A stretch of 64,000 nt of DNA, taken from assembly GCA_963693365.1 (NCBI GenBank), contig CAVNZM010000003.1, forward strand, positions 8,179,312-8,243,311, in the 5' to 3' direction. Below the pieces are notes generated by a model. That model was not told where the DNA came from. It made no database searches and worked only from the letters and a program-made list of their open reading frames with translations. The position numbers were made by a program, and so were the translations under genes. Each line of letters starts with the position of its first letter. Position 1 is the stretch's first letter. Below are positions 36,471 to 50,061 of this stretch, piece after piece. Origin of the DNA: Amoebidium appalachense. Its lineage: Eukaryota > Protista > Ichthyosporea.

Positions 36471-38226
36471 TATTGATTGTGCGTGTTTGTGTGTGTACAT
36501 GTATGTCAGCCTGTGTGTGCATGTGTGTGTATGTGTGTGGGTGGGTGCAAAGGTGGGTTCTGTTCTGCTCACAACTTGAACACAAGCGGGCACGCGCACA
36601 TGCACACACGTACATACACACAGACAACCTTTTCTCCTTTCCGTGCGTACTGAGGGTGGGGAGGATAGCAAGTGGTACACAGTACGGTACAGAGACACGC
36701 ACCTGTAGCAGGAAACATCATGTCACACAAAATAACACAACATAAGACAGACATACAACATAACAAAACCCATTCTCCACAGTCCGGGGATGGGTGGGGA
36801 TGGGGAGGGAGATGAAGGGGGGTGGAGGGGGGAGGGGGATCGGGTGGAAGGAGGGAAGGGAGGGGCGGGAGGGAGGGAGGGAGCGCGGGGTGGGGGGGGG
36901 GTCACTTTTTGGCGAAGGTGTCCTTTGCAGCAGCCAGAGACAGGTTGCTGAATGCCTGGTTCTGGCCCTTAGCTCCCACTGCACCCCGCACACAAATGTC
37001 AGCACGTATGCAGCTGCATCCAGAGTGGAAAAAGAGAAGAATCGAGTGTGTTACACACCAGATATCGAAGCAGGGAAACACCATCGGAGAGAGTGTAAAC
37101 CGACGTCCAAAGGTATGGACACAGGTGATGGAAACATCAGAAACTTGCGAAGCGTTAAACCGTTTAGCCTATTTCTCCTCCCAAATCCCTCATCTCCTAA
37201 AACACACACACACACACAACCACCCTACCCAAGTCACCCAACCTGTCTGCTCAGCCAATGTGGACAAACCATTATATCCCTGCCACAGCCGGATGAACCC
37301 CATAATCAAATATATATACAAGATAGCTTTTCCCCAGCCCGAGCCCCCGGCGCAAAGAACACCACATGTAGATTTATAAGAAATGAATTTGCCCCTGCTC
37401 CAGCAAAATCAACATCCGTGTTTGGATATACACTAGATAACCCTAACCTTTCCCCAGCAGAACCAACATCCATGTTAAGATATGCACGGGATAACCTTAC
37501 CTCTGCCCCAACAAAATCGACATCCGTATTTGGATATACACGAGGAAACCTTAGTCCTTCTCCAGCAAAACCAACATCCATGTTTAGATATGCACGGGAT
37601 AACTTTACCTCTGCCCCAACAAAACCAACATCCGTATTTGGATATACACGAGATAACCTTAGCCCTTCCCCAGCAAAACCAACATCCATGTTTAGATATG
37701 CACGGAATAACCTTACCTCTGCCCCAGCGTGTCCAGACGGCATACTTGTTGCCGTGGTCACTCTCCAGCAGCTGCACTACATAGTACTTGTTGTGCCCCT
37801 TGACGTTGTAGCTCACGTCCGTCTGTGTGCGTGTGCGTGTGTGTGGTGTGTGTGTGTGCGTGCGTGCGTGTATGTGTGTTTGGGTGTGTGCGTGTGTGCG
37901 TGTGTGAGCGCGCGCGCGCGTGTGTATACGTGTGGTGCATGCGAGGCCACATCTGTGCTTGTGCAGGTGCATGTAGGTGTGCGTGTGTGTGCTTCACTTC
38001 CCCCAAGGGGGAGGGGGGGGGGGGGGGGAGGAGGGGGGGGGGGGGGGGGGAGGGGGAGGGTGGAGGAGGAAGGGGTAAATTGCGTCAGAGTATGAAGTAC
38101 ACATTGGTGACCGACAATACAATGCACACTGCAAAACACACACATAGAATATGAATAATAAGCAGAGCCCATCATCAGATGAACCAGTCTTACACAGTAC
38201 CCGAGTATCGACTCATTCACCTCGTT

Positions 38227-38263
<37 letters not shown>

Positions 38264-39421
38264 GTGGATTCATGGTGTATAGCAAACACATCTTAGACTG
38301 CATCAGAAGACACCATACCAAGAGCACAGTGAGAGCAAAGCAAGCACAAATGGGCAGGCAAGAGACAAGAGCATGTGCTTCTGTGTGGGAGGCCAGGGGG
38401 GCAAGCAGCTGGTCGAAGGCCCCCGGGAAAGGGGGGGGGGGGGGGGAGGGGGGGGGGGGGGTTGAATGCGGAACACGGTACGAAGTACACATACACGATG
38501 AGAAGCATGGTGCAGGACACATGCAAAGGCAAACATTCGAATATGCAACATCAGCAACGCGCACAGTATGCGTCATAAGCAGAGCCCATCCTCAGGGAGG
38601 ACCCAAATCGGGGGAAGGGAGGGGAGGAGGGAGGGGAACGGGGGGGGGGGGGGGGGGGGAGGGGGTGATATACCTGATTCATCATGACGTTGTATACATC
38701 ATTGCCCTCTTCATATACGTGGTACTGCAGGGGGGGGGGGGGGGGGGGGGGGTGAATTTGAGGTAGAAGGGGATGGTGAATATACATGCAATAAACATGA
38801 AAAAGAAATATTGATAGTAACCTGCTGGACTCAGCTGCATGAAGACAACGTCTTTATAAACTTTTGTTTTCTCAGAAATGGAAATGGTTTGCGATACAGG
38901 AACACGTGGGGGGAGATGCCACAGAGGAACAAGACGGACGGGCAAATACAGGGGGGGGGGGGGGAGGGGGCAGGGGCAGGGGGGCATGAGGGGAAAAACC
39001 CCCGAGGGAGAGGGGGGAGGGGGGGGGGGTTAGGACAACATGAAGGGCTCATCTCAGTGCCTTAGTCAAATACACGCGGGGGGGGGGGGGGGGGGGGGGG
39101 GGAGAGACAGAATGTATTTTAACAGCATGCACTCTCTAATTTAATGACAGTGCCGGCGGCAAACGAGGAGCTAGCAAAGGTTTGGGCATAGCAGGGGAAT
39201 CAAGAGAGGTGCAGACGGAAGGAACCGACGGAGGGAAGGAAGGGGGGGGGGAGGGGGGGGGGGGGGGAGGGGAATAAGCGTGTTGAGTGTTTATATGTCT
39301 GTGGCTGTATGCGGTGGTGGAGAAGGAAATTCTTGTGTCTTTTGCGTGCTTTCTTTTTTTTTTTCTTTCCATTCTTTCTTTCTTTCTTTCTTTTTTTGTC
39401 TGTGTCTGTATGCGTGTGCGT

Positions 39422-39467
<46 letters not shown>

Positions 39468-40861
39468 AATGTGCATTTGAGAATGGGAATCATGGAAGTA
39501 CAAGCATTACAACCCAAAAAACAACAACAGAAAGAAGGAGAAAGCAGTGGTGTGCATGTGTGGATGTGTGTGTGCATGTGTGTGTGTGTGCTCGCGCGTG
39601 TGCGTGTGCATGTGTGTGTGTGTGTGTGCGCACGCGCGTGTGTGTCCCGCATCAAGGTTTATCAAGAACATACCGAATCCTTTTCAGGGAAATACTCGTC
39701 CACAGCAGCCCTTCCCTTCTTGACTATCGTCTTGCTCACTACCGTGCTTGCTGGGGCTGTGGGGGGACTGGGTGGGGGGCTGGGTGCTGCTTGCTTCTGG
39801 AGAGGGTAGAATCACAGTTAGGGGTCATAAGTGCTTGTGTGTGTATATACTGGTGGAGGTTAAGTAATTTCAACAGTAAGGGGTATAGATAAAAAATGAA
39901 CAGATTGTTGGTGAGAGTACAATTTCAGCATGCCCGGCAAGGGGTGACCTGTGCATGTGTACGTGTGGGTGCTGTGGATTTTTGCAAGTACACAACGGTA
40001 TCACAACAGATGAACGAAGTATAGATGAGAGTGTCAGATAATAATCTAGGTGCTGTCCTCTAATCTAGCATACGGTCCATAGAAAGATTATAGCACTAAA
40101 TAACTTTGTGTTGAATTTGTATAGAAAAAGTTTTATCAACATACTACTTGCACTTTGAGTGCATGCAAGACGTGTGTGTCATGACGAGCTCAGTCCAGGC
40201 TGGGAGTTTGTGTGTGTATGCATGTTCATGGGGGAGGGGGGGGGGGAGGGGGGGGGGGGGGGGGGGGAGGGGAGGGGCGGGGGTGGCATGAGAAATATGC
40301 CCAGTCGAGTTTGCCGACCCTCATTCTAAAAAAATCCTCTAATGCACTATATTTGGCCTGGGCCATACGCGCGTCTAAGTACAACAAAATTACGTGTGTA
40401 TTTTAGTCTTTGTGTTTGTGTGCTTGTGTGTTTGTGTGTGCGTCTTTGTGTGCGTCGGTGGGATCAGCGGGGAGGGGGGAGGGGGGGGGGGGGGGGGGGG
40501 GCGAGGGAGGCCGAGGGGGGGGGGGGGGGGGGGGGGCTTCTACATTTTTTTTATATTTTTTTAACGTTTTTCTGACTGTGTTTGTGCTGTGTGCTGAGTG
40601 CACGTGTGTGTGCACACCTGCCTCTCTCACTAGTATCCACACAGTGAACCCCCAAACCCTACCTTTGCCCTCTTTGCAGGTTTTGCCGGGGGGCTAGCTG
40701 GGCGCTTCTGAGGGCTCTTCTCGGGGTCATACTTGGATGTGTCTTGTAGCTTACCCTGCGGCCCAACGTTATTAAGATGACCAAAGCACTTTAAATTCCT
40801 ACTTTGTTTCTATCAAAGATCAAGAAATGTTGGTTGACGTAATTATCAAAACCAAGTAATA

Positions 40862-40895
<34 letters not shown>

Positions 40896-42158
40896 CCCCC
40901 CCCCCCCCCTCTCGCCCCTTGCCCGCCCGCCCTCCCCTAACACTGTTTGTAGGGATGATGTGGAGCGTGTTTTTGGGTGGGTGCACAACTCGGGGGGAGG
41001 AAGCATGCTACAGTGTCATGGAAAAGGGGGCCAGCCCCTAGGAGAGACCAAGGGAGGAGGGGACGAATGTCAGGGGTACCTTTGCAATGGAGTCCTCCAA
41101 GAAGGCCTCTGTGACCATGGTGACGCCATCTTGTTTGGCCTGAAATGGAAACAGTTGAGAGCAAAAAACCTTGATTCCAAAATAGAAACAGCACGTAGCC
41201 AGCCTTGCTGGAGGCATATCTATCCAAAAGCCTACTCCATGGTTTTTCATCACCATCTTACGTAGAGGACTACCTTACTTATAGGAGACACGGGGAGGTG
41301 AAAAGTGAGACCAGAACAAAGCAAGTTGCCCAAACACGTGCATGTGTGCGTGTGGTGGTAGAAGAAGGAGTCAAGGAGAGTTAGGGGTATATCGGGCGTC
41401 AGAGGAGACAGGGGAGGATTGGGGAAAGGGGGGGACCGAGGAGGGGGGGGAGAGGGGGGGGGGGGGGGGGGGGGGGTAATCTTGCGAGGAGATGGGCACA
41501 ACACTGCCCCTACACATATTTGATACAGAAGCGAAGCAAGTGGAGAGGGTGGCGGCGGCAGCGGCGATGGCCCATATGTGTGCGTGCGTGCGTGCGTGCG
41601 TGTGCGTGTGTGTGTGTGGGGGGGGAGGGAGGGGAGGGGAGGGGGAGGGGGGGGGGGTTGGAATAGCAGTTCCTTCTTCCTAACGCATCTACATTATCTA
41701 CTCGGCAAGGTATTTGTTTTCCCTTTTTACCAGCTCGCTGTAAACCACAAAACCGTGAAATCAAGGTCCAATTCTTTCACAACTATGCCAGCAACCTTCA
41801 TAACTAGCCAAATAGCAAGTGCCCCGACCTTGGTGTAGCGTGCTGTCGGTGAGTCAGCCTCATCCTTAGTCGTAACGTAGTGGGTAACTTTCTTGGTCAC
41901 ACTGCATGGAACCCTCGTAAGTACCAGTGATAATGAAAGCAGTATGAACACCAACCCCATCTGTACTATTTTTTATAAATGATATTTGTGAAGCAGTTAC
42001 AAAAAATCTCGGGTTATCAAGAGAAATTCGAAAACTCAACAAAACACCCACCTCTTTGCAAGCACCCCACCATGCTGCTCAATATCATTCTGCCACTCCT
42101 TCGGTTTCTTCTCCAGCCCAGCAACACAGAAGAACACGAGGCCATCAAACACGCCCAT
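27980..42158 (-). CDS. PARP: Poly(ADP-ribose) polymerase, BRCT-WGR-regulatory-catalytic (zinc-finger-less PARP1/2 family), 19 exons
   Basis: Exons 42158-42052, 41901-41829, 41139-41080, 40755-40663, 39796-39674, 38724-38674, 37822-37717, 36978-36906, 36303-36189, 35793-35728, 35078-34994, 34290-34206, 33186-33067, 32361-32138, 31507-31393, 30862-30826, 30117-30050, 29132-28905, 28054-27980. Motifs include [96 protein letters not shown] and LQYNEYIVYD. The H-Y-E triad is intact. There is one apparent 1-nt frameshift in a G6 run at ~33114-33119. Confidence 0.95.
37390..37730. repeat. 54-bp minisatellite (108-bp dimeric higher order) spanning a PARP exon/intron junction
   Basis: About six units. 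The motif ttacctctgcccc recurs at 37497, 37605 and 37713, a 108-bp period. Confidence 0.9.
38460..38603 (-). repeat. Dispersed intronic repeat family, inverted copy of 6456-6602
   Basis: Near-identical reverse complement; the two ORF-track peptides beginning MTHTVR match. Confidence 0.85.
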
Positions 42159-42892
42159 TTTCACCAAACTTAACCTTTCCCTATATAACTCTTCTGCTCC
42201 CTTTTGCTCTCTCGCTTCGCAGGCTGACTCCTCCGGGGGTTTTTTTTTCTTTTTTTTCGCTTTTTCTTCTCTTGGTGCCGCTGGTTGCGGTCACGCTTCG
42301 GACATGTCTGCGGTTTTTGAAAGTTGGTTCCAAAACAATTAGCCAATCGATAAGGGTTATAGTATGCAGAATTACCTTTTATGGACAGCACATTGTTCCA
42401 AATTAAGTGTGGCTGTCCTCCCCTTGACGGGGGGACACTACGTACCATCTAATTTTCAACAATACAAGCCATTTCTTTTTTTGCTTTGTGGATGGTGTGC
42501 ATGGGTATTATTAAGGACGTGTGATCGGCCACATTGCAATAAACAAAAGGCTCAAAGCTGTTGAAAAAATATTCTCATGGTGAAATGTCCGGAAATACAT
42601 TCAACCTCTAGGAGAATTTTAAATGCAAGATATACCCTAACCATAACCGAAAAAATTGCCCACCATGTCACCATGAAAAATGAAAATTATTCAGTATAAG
42701 CCCCATGGCAGAAGTTTTCAGGGATGTTTGCGACATCACTTACCTACTGTACTAACAGTAGCAGGCTCAGTAGCAGCCTGCACTTCGCTAGTTTGAGCCT
42801 ACAACATTTTTATCATTTGCACTTTGCTTTGGGCAGACGTAGACGTGCCTTTTGAGCGTATGGATTGTGTGTAACCGTTCCGATGATCCCAG

Positions 42893-42931
<39 letters not shown>

Positions 42932-43707
42932 CCCTTCCCCCCCTCCCCCCTCCCTCTCTCCTTCCCTCTCTCTCTTGCTCTCCGAGGCTCTCTTCTCTCT
43001 CTCTCTCTCTTTCTCTAGCTCTCTCTTTCTCTAGCTCTCTTCCTCTCTCTCCCTCTCCATCTCCGCCCTTCCCCCTCCCCTCCTCTCACTCACACACTCA
43101 CTTCACCACCACCTCCTCCTCGCCCCTCCCCTTCAATCCCCCCCACTCTCCAACAATTTACACGACATCTTGTGCTTCACACACCCAATCTCTCTCTAAA
43201 CACCCTTCTGCTCTTGAAAACGAGTTCTGACACGTGGTTCGGTGTTGGCCTTTTTAGGCATTGGGGAGCTCAAGAAGTGAGGGGATAAGGAGGGGCGGGC
43301 GGGCGGGCGGGGGGGGGGAGGGGGGTTGAGGGGGTGGGGGGGGGGAGGGGGGAGGGGGGAGGGGGGGGGGGGGAGAGGGGAGCGGGCCGGGAGGAGGAGA
43401 GGGGGAAAGGTTTTGCTGTGTGGAGGTGTAGTCAAAAGTTTATATCTGGCTTTAGTTGTGTTCTCCTAGGGATGGTTGGGAAGTCATATTAACCTCACTC
43501 AATGGGTTCCTGCAGGGTGGGTCGGAGCGAAGAACTGCAGACGACGTAATGGAGGTACGGCAGGTCTCCTAGTTTGCTTGCACGTGTGTTAGATGTCGAC
43601 CAGTTTAAAGGTTTGGGTGGTGCCCTGACAATCGTTGGCTGACAAAAGTGGGGACATTATAGAAGGGGAAATCTGGGTGGCGGTGGGGTTGGTGGTGGTG
43701 GCGGTGG

Positions 43708-43738
<31 letters not shown>

Positions 43739-44248
43739 TGGGGGGGGGGGTGTTGGGGTGGGGGAGGGGGGAGAGGGGGGGGGGGGGGGGGGGGGCATGT
43801 TCTTGTGTTCTAGGGTTATCCTCTCACCTAACTGCTCTGCTCCTTGTGCGGACGTTCCTTTGCGCCTCACGATTACACCCCCAGAGGGATCCCTCTGAAG
43901 CTCCAAAGATTGTTATGTCTTTTTTCCCCCCCGTAAGAGGATGACGGTCGAAGTATTCTGTAGATCTGAAAGTGAATCATTGACAACCCCCCCGCTGTTC
44001 CCTGCCCCCTCCCCACCCTCCCTCTCTGGGGCTAGGTAAGTGGGGCTAGGTAAGTGGATGGAGAGGGGGTGAGGGGGAGGGGATGATGTAAAAGGATGGT
44101 GTTTGATTAGTGGAGTGTGGTGGGGAAAGGTGAAGGGGGGAAAGAAAGATTCCCAGTGAGTAGAGCGGAGTGAGGGGGGGAGGGGGGACGGGGATATTGG
44201 ATAGAATGAGGGGGGGGGGGGGGGGGGGGGGAGGGGGGAGGGGGGGAG

Positions 44249-44280
<32 letters not shown>

Positions 44281-44381
44281 AGGGAAGGGGGCAAGGGTAA
44301 ATAAACAAACGAGCGGTATGGGTTGAATGGAGAGGGTTGGGACGGGTTGGGTAGGGTTGAGGGGGGAGGGGGAAATTGTGG

Positions 44382-44688
44382 AAATTGTGCTTGTACACAA
44401 CCAAATCACACAAGCACAATAGAAATGGAAATTGTGCTTGTACACAACCAAATCACACAAGCACAATAGAAATGGAAATTGTGCATGTACACAACCAAAT
44501 CACACAAGCACAATAGAAATGGAAATTGTGCTTGTACACAACCAAATCACACAAGCACAATAGAAATGGAAATTGTGCTTGTACACAACCAAATCACACA
44601 ATCACAATAGAAATGGAAATTGTGCTTGTACACAGCCAAACCACACAAGCACAATAGAGATAGAAATTGTGCTTGTACACAGCCAAAG
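44382..44688. repeat. 47-bp palindromic minisatellite, ~6.5 copies
   Basis: Unit aaattgtgcttgtacacaaccaaatcacacaagcacaatagaaatgg starts at 44382, 44429, 44476, 44523, 44570, 44617 and 44664. Confidence 0.95.
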
Positions 44689-45083
44689 AGCATCAATCAC
44701 ATTTGCAAAGAGCTTTTCACATTGGTCACATTTGGTGTGCTGCCGTTGCCGTTGTTCTCCCTCTCCTGTTCATAATAGATATATTCTACCGTGTCCCTTT
44801 CTTTTCGCCCGCACCGTGGGGGAAAAGGGGGGAGGGGGGATGGATCAACGATCTCAGAAGGCGATCCAGGGTGGTTGATGGATGTCTGGTATGGTGTCAT
44901 AAACTCATTAACCGGCAGGGAGAGAAAAAATGGGGGGGGGGGGGGGGGGGGGGGGGGGATATTGTTTTCTCTGCCGACAGCCCTACGTATGGAATTGCCA
45001 ATGACGGTACTCACACAGGGCTTTCCATTTTCTGCACAAGATGCACTCTACAAACAAAACCTGCCCCCACAGACTCTGGTATT

Positions 45084-45117
<34 letters not shown>

Positions 45118-46543
45118 CCAACCAACCACCACCACCACCACCACCACCACCACCACCACACCACCACCACAAAAGAAAAAAGAAAAAAGAAAAAAAAGAA
45201 AAAAAAATCAGAATAAATAAATAATCATAATCACGGATTAAGGCAAAAATGATTCCCTTAACTTCGGTAAGCTGGTGGAGTTATTACAGATGTTGGGTTA
45301 ATGCACGGGAGTGGAGGAAGAATGGCTGTGTTCTATAGAAGTGGTGTTGTGGCCAAATTTGGAAAATGTGGCGTTCTTTTGCCAGTGTGGCACTTTAATG
45401 GTTCGAATACATGTAAAAGATTAAATGACTCTGCGCCAAAACGGGTGGGAAGAAGCTCTTGTTGTACACTTGAGAATATATAGATACCTACAAAAGAGCA
45501 ATTATGTATGCCCTTCCATGATATCCGGAAATCATTAGGGAAAAGGAACATCTTTCATTGCCCTCTTTTAGCATTCAGGTTCTTTCCGCCAAGCAGAGAA
45601 TAGACTCGCGGCCAGTGGGTCTCTAGGGGGGGGAGGTGTACCAGACTTAGCATTCCCTGAGACCCCGATGGCAGGGAGCCACCAGTGGAAGCTAAATTTT
45701 AACGGCAATTAGCCAGATTTGTCCAACAATCCAATAACCCAGTTTCGTTCTTTGCATAAAGCAACTACCACCACAGGAGCAACCTGTGGCATCCTAAGTT
45801 TTAAGGCAATTGGCCAAATTTGTTCCACAATCAGAACATCCAAATTCGTTTTTCCATAAAGCAAGTGAGCCCAGAACTGCTAGTGGGCGACCTGTCTCCT
45901 GTATCGACGTGCATCGCTGAGTGAATCAATGGTGCAAACATCAGAAGTTCACGACTGTGATCCGGCTGTGTGACGTTGCCCCATTCCTTTTTGCTGAATG
46001 ATAAGCACATACGGACTCAAATTTTTAGTGCCTTAGCTGTTGGTCCAACACAGACTTCAGCTAACTGCATGTTTATCTGTTTCTTCCCCCCCCCCCCCCC
46101 CCCCTTTTTTTTTTTTTCCCGAGGGTCAGTTTTTCGCCCCCCATTTTCCTACCCTTTAGACTCAATAGACCCTTCCGTCTCCCCACCCCAACTATCATGT
46201 TGTCGGCCCTCACTTTACCCCCTGATTTTGTAGATAAGATATCGCTGTTACATGGGGTTTATGCCTTTTCCTGCAAATAAACTCTCATTATGGAAGTGGG
46301 AAGTGTTCCCCACAGCTATATTTAGAACCGCCTGACTCGTGAAATCTACCAGTTGTGTTAAACAATAACATGGGATTGTGAGTGCGATCATAAAGGCGGT
46401 TGGCGGATAGTCACTGTGTGAAAACAGTCACACATGCATGCGCACATGGACCGCGTGTGGGTGTGTCTGTGTGCGTGCGCGCGGGTGTGCGTGTGCATGT
46501 GCGTGCAGTGTGTATGTGTGTGTGTGTGTGTGTGTGTGCGTGT

Positions 46544-46588
<45 letters not shown>

Positions 46589-48358
46589 CGTGTGTGTATG
46601 TGCGTGTGTGTGAGCGTGCGTGCATGCATGTCTGCGCGCGTGGGTGCGTCTGTGCGCGCGGGTGTGCGTGTGAGGGAACATGTGTGTGTGCACGTGCGGT
46701 GTATTCTCCGGAGTGGGTGGGTGGGTGTGTGTGGGTGGGTGGGTGGGGGGGGGGGGGGGGGGGGGGGGGTGGGAGGAGGGGGTAAAGGGGAGCCGTTGGC
46801 TGTAAGGTTTCGAATCCCCGCTAATCCTTAAGTACTTACTGTATTATGAGGGCGAGGTGGGAGGGAGGGGAGGAGGTGGGAGGGATGGGGGGGAAGGGGG
46901 GTGGGGGGGGGGTTTCGATATGCATAACAAAAGGAGGTGTTGGGGTGAGCGGTGAAGTAGCTAGTTGGAGCATTTCAGGTAAGAGCATGAGAGGGGGGGA
47001 GAAAGAGAGGGGGGAGAAGGGGGGGAAGAGAGAGGGGGTCGGTGTTTCTAGAAAGTGTTTGTTTTGAGTCTACTGTTTACCAGATCTCACATTCCCTGAA
47101 AACCCCGCAGCAGGAAGGCACCAAAGGAGCAACACAGCCAATATATTACGGCAATTAGCCAGTTTTGTCCCACAACCAAGTTCCTTAATTTGTATGAATT
47201 ACAAGGGAACTAAGCTCGTAACTGCTAGTTGGTGACCTGCCTCGGTTTCATGCATTCCCCGGATGCAGAACTTGATCTGCAGCATAGCATGAAGTCACCC
47301 CCTTCTCTTGTTGCCTAAACAATATTCTTATTATGTACACTCAATCTGGCAAGTGCTGTAAGTTCTGTACAGATCTCCAACAAATGGCTTTTTCCCCCTT
47401 CTTATTTTTCTTTTCTTTTTTCTTCCCTCCTCCCCCCCCCCCACCCTTTTTTTTGTTTTATACGTATGTGTAGAGCCCTCCATTCCTCCACCCCTACCCT
47501 CCTTTTCCGGCCCAATCATCCTCCTGCCCCGCTTTCCCCCCCACCCCCCCCCACCCACCCACCCACCCACCCACCCACCACCACCACCACCACCACCCAT
47601 CTTTTTACACCCAAGAGTTTGTGGTCTAAGAAGATTTCCAGTCTATGCACCCCCTAGGTTAAAACGTGTGGTTACCACGACGATTTGGTGCGCAAGTGTC
47701 TTAGCAACCAATTATGTGGTGGGGAGGGAGGAGAGGGAAATGGAACTGGGAGCAGGGACGGAAGTGGGGAAGGGGGGCAATGACCGTTTTTATGGTGTGA
47801 GGGGTGGTGGGGGTTGGGGAAGGGGGGGTGGGAGGGGGGGGGGCGGAGGATGGGGAGATACAGACACCCTCCTCCCCCTTCCTTCCCCCCCCCCTCCCCC
47901 TCCCCCCCGTCCCCCCCCCCCCCCCCCCCCCCTCGTTGTTACCTATGCAGACCAATGCACCATGTCACTTCCACAATCTGCCACGTACGTCCTCTATACA
48001 ACAGTGAAGTTACTGTGTTGTTATGCAGGAGGTGTGATAGAGGGACTGGGGGAAAACGGTATTTAAAGATCGTGGTGGTCTTGGGTCCAGTTTTGGAGAA
48101 GGTGCCGGTCTTTTGGTCAATCTCGCACTTTAATTGTTGGATTACAACCAAAAGATTAATCGATTCTGCTGTTGTTGCACACTTGAGATTATTTAGATAA
48201 CCATATAAAGCTATACAATGATATAGTATGCAATTTCCATATACGGATATAGGGAGAAAAGGGACATTTCTCATCGCCTTTCTTTTAGCATTCAGGTTTC
48301 CTCCGCCAGACAGAGAATAGACTCGTGCACAAAATAATGTCATTCTGCCCCTCCCCGC

Positions 48359-48400
<42 letters not shown>

Positions 48401-49951
48401 TCCTCTCCCCGTACCCCATCCAAATACCTGTACAAGCCCGTAGCTCCCCTCATTCACTCACACACGCAGACACAAAAAAAAACACACTCGAGCTTCCTCA
48501 TAAATTCATAGGAACCCCTCTGTTTGTGGGCTTTTACTATGAACCTCGCCCGTGCACATTTCCTAGGTGCCGCTAATTATGTTCAGGCATAGTATCTTTA
48601 TGCTGCGCTGAATGGTAAATACGCGCTTTTTAACCTACACTTCGTCGGTCGGACAGACTTTCATATACTGTTTCGACCTTGATCATCATGATACAGGATT
48701 ACTGTTGGTGGGGCTGAAGGGGATGAAACTCACGGGGTGAGGGTCAGCAAAGGGAAAGGAGCAGTGGGTTGTCTTGAGCATAAAAAGGGGGGGAAAGAAC
48801 ACTTATGGAAGGGGTGGGGGGAAGGGGGAGGGGGGAGGGGGGAGGAAAAGCATGCGGACTTGAATGCAGATAGATTATTGCTTCACCTTCTCTCCACCTT
48901 TGATGTAGCACAACATACGATCAACAATCTGCTGAAACCTCCAAAATATCTAAAACATCTAAAATTCGTTGATCTGCCGAGATCCATGTCAAAATCTTTT
49001 AAAGAAGAGTAAAGGGAGAGAAATGAGATGAAAAATTTTACTGCATTGCCCCCCCTCCACCTTCGGTGCAGTACAACAAATGTTTAACAATCTGCCAAAG
49101 CATCTAAAACTACAATTTACAATCTGCTAGAGTCCGGATTTTTGACAACTCTATCAATGATTTGTCCCACAATCACATGCCACAAACGTGTTTGCTGACA
49201 TTGCAACTGTGCGTGTAATTGCTAATGGGCGACATGCCTCGATTCCTTTTCCTGCATCCCACATTACTGATGATGCAGTATAGTAGGTCGACTAGCTTGA
49301 CAGGCCGTTTCCAGTCGCCCCATTTCTTTTTGCTAAATGATAACAAGTTCATATGTGCGTTACGACCTTTTCGGGTTATCCTGCAAACCATGAACTTACA
49401 CGAAGGGAGCCCCTATGTACACAAAATCTAATGGCTGCTGTGGACCCAAAACAGACTTCAAACCAACAGTATCGGGAATGTCCCCCCCCCCCCCCCCCCC
49501 CCCCCCATTTCCCCAATGACGTTCAGCCCTTCAGAGTAGACCCCTTCATCCCCCCATCCTTGGGTACTTTTTTTCCGGCCCACTTGTCCTTCCCCCTCCC
49601 CTCCTCCTCCCCCCCCCCCCCCCCCCCCCCCCCCTCCCCCCCTCCCCCCCTCCCCCCCCCCCCCCCCCCCGGGCCGCGCTCAAATATCCCCCCCTCTCCC
49701 ACCGCCCCTTCTCTCCCCCCCTCCCCCCCCTCCCCCCAAGGGGCCCTGAGCTCTGTATTAGGATTTACACTCAATGCTTCTCCTCTGTGTTGGACCGTCG
49801 GATTTTTTTGGGAATATTGGCGGCCTACTTTTCTGGTAGCCTTTTTTAGTTGTTGGAAGGGAGAAGCGAGAAACGGAGGAACTTGGGACAGGGTTTGTGT
49901 GTGTGGGAGGGGAGGGGGGGGGGGGGGGATGGCTGTTTAGGGGTGTGTGTA

Positions 49952-49984
<33 letters not shown>

Positions 49985-50028
49985 GGGGGATGGCTGTTTA
50001 GGCGTGTGAGGGGGGGAAGAGGGGTCCC

Positions 50029-50061
<33 letters not shown>

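Noticed and set aside
36794-38095. 433-aa plus-strand ORF with 18-aa repeats
   Set aside because: It is the antisense read-through of the 54-bp minisatellite and a PARP exon.
44382-44688. CRISPR-like array of palindromic repeats
   Set aside because: Units are essentially identical with no unique spacers, there are no cas genes, and the context is eukaryotic.
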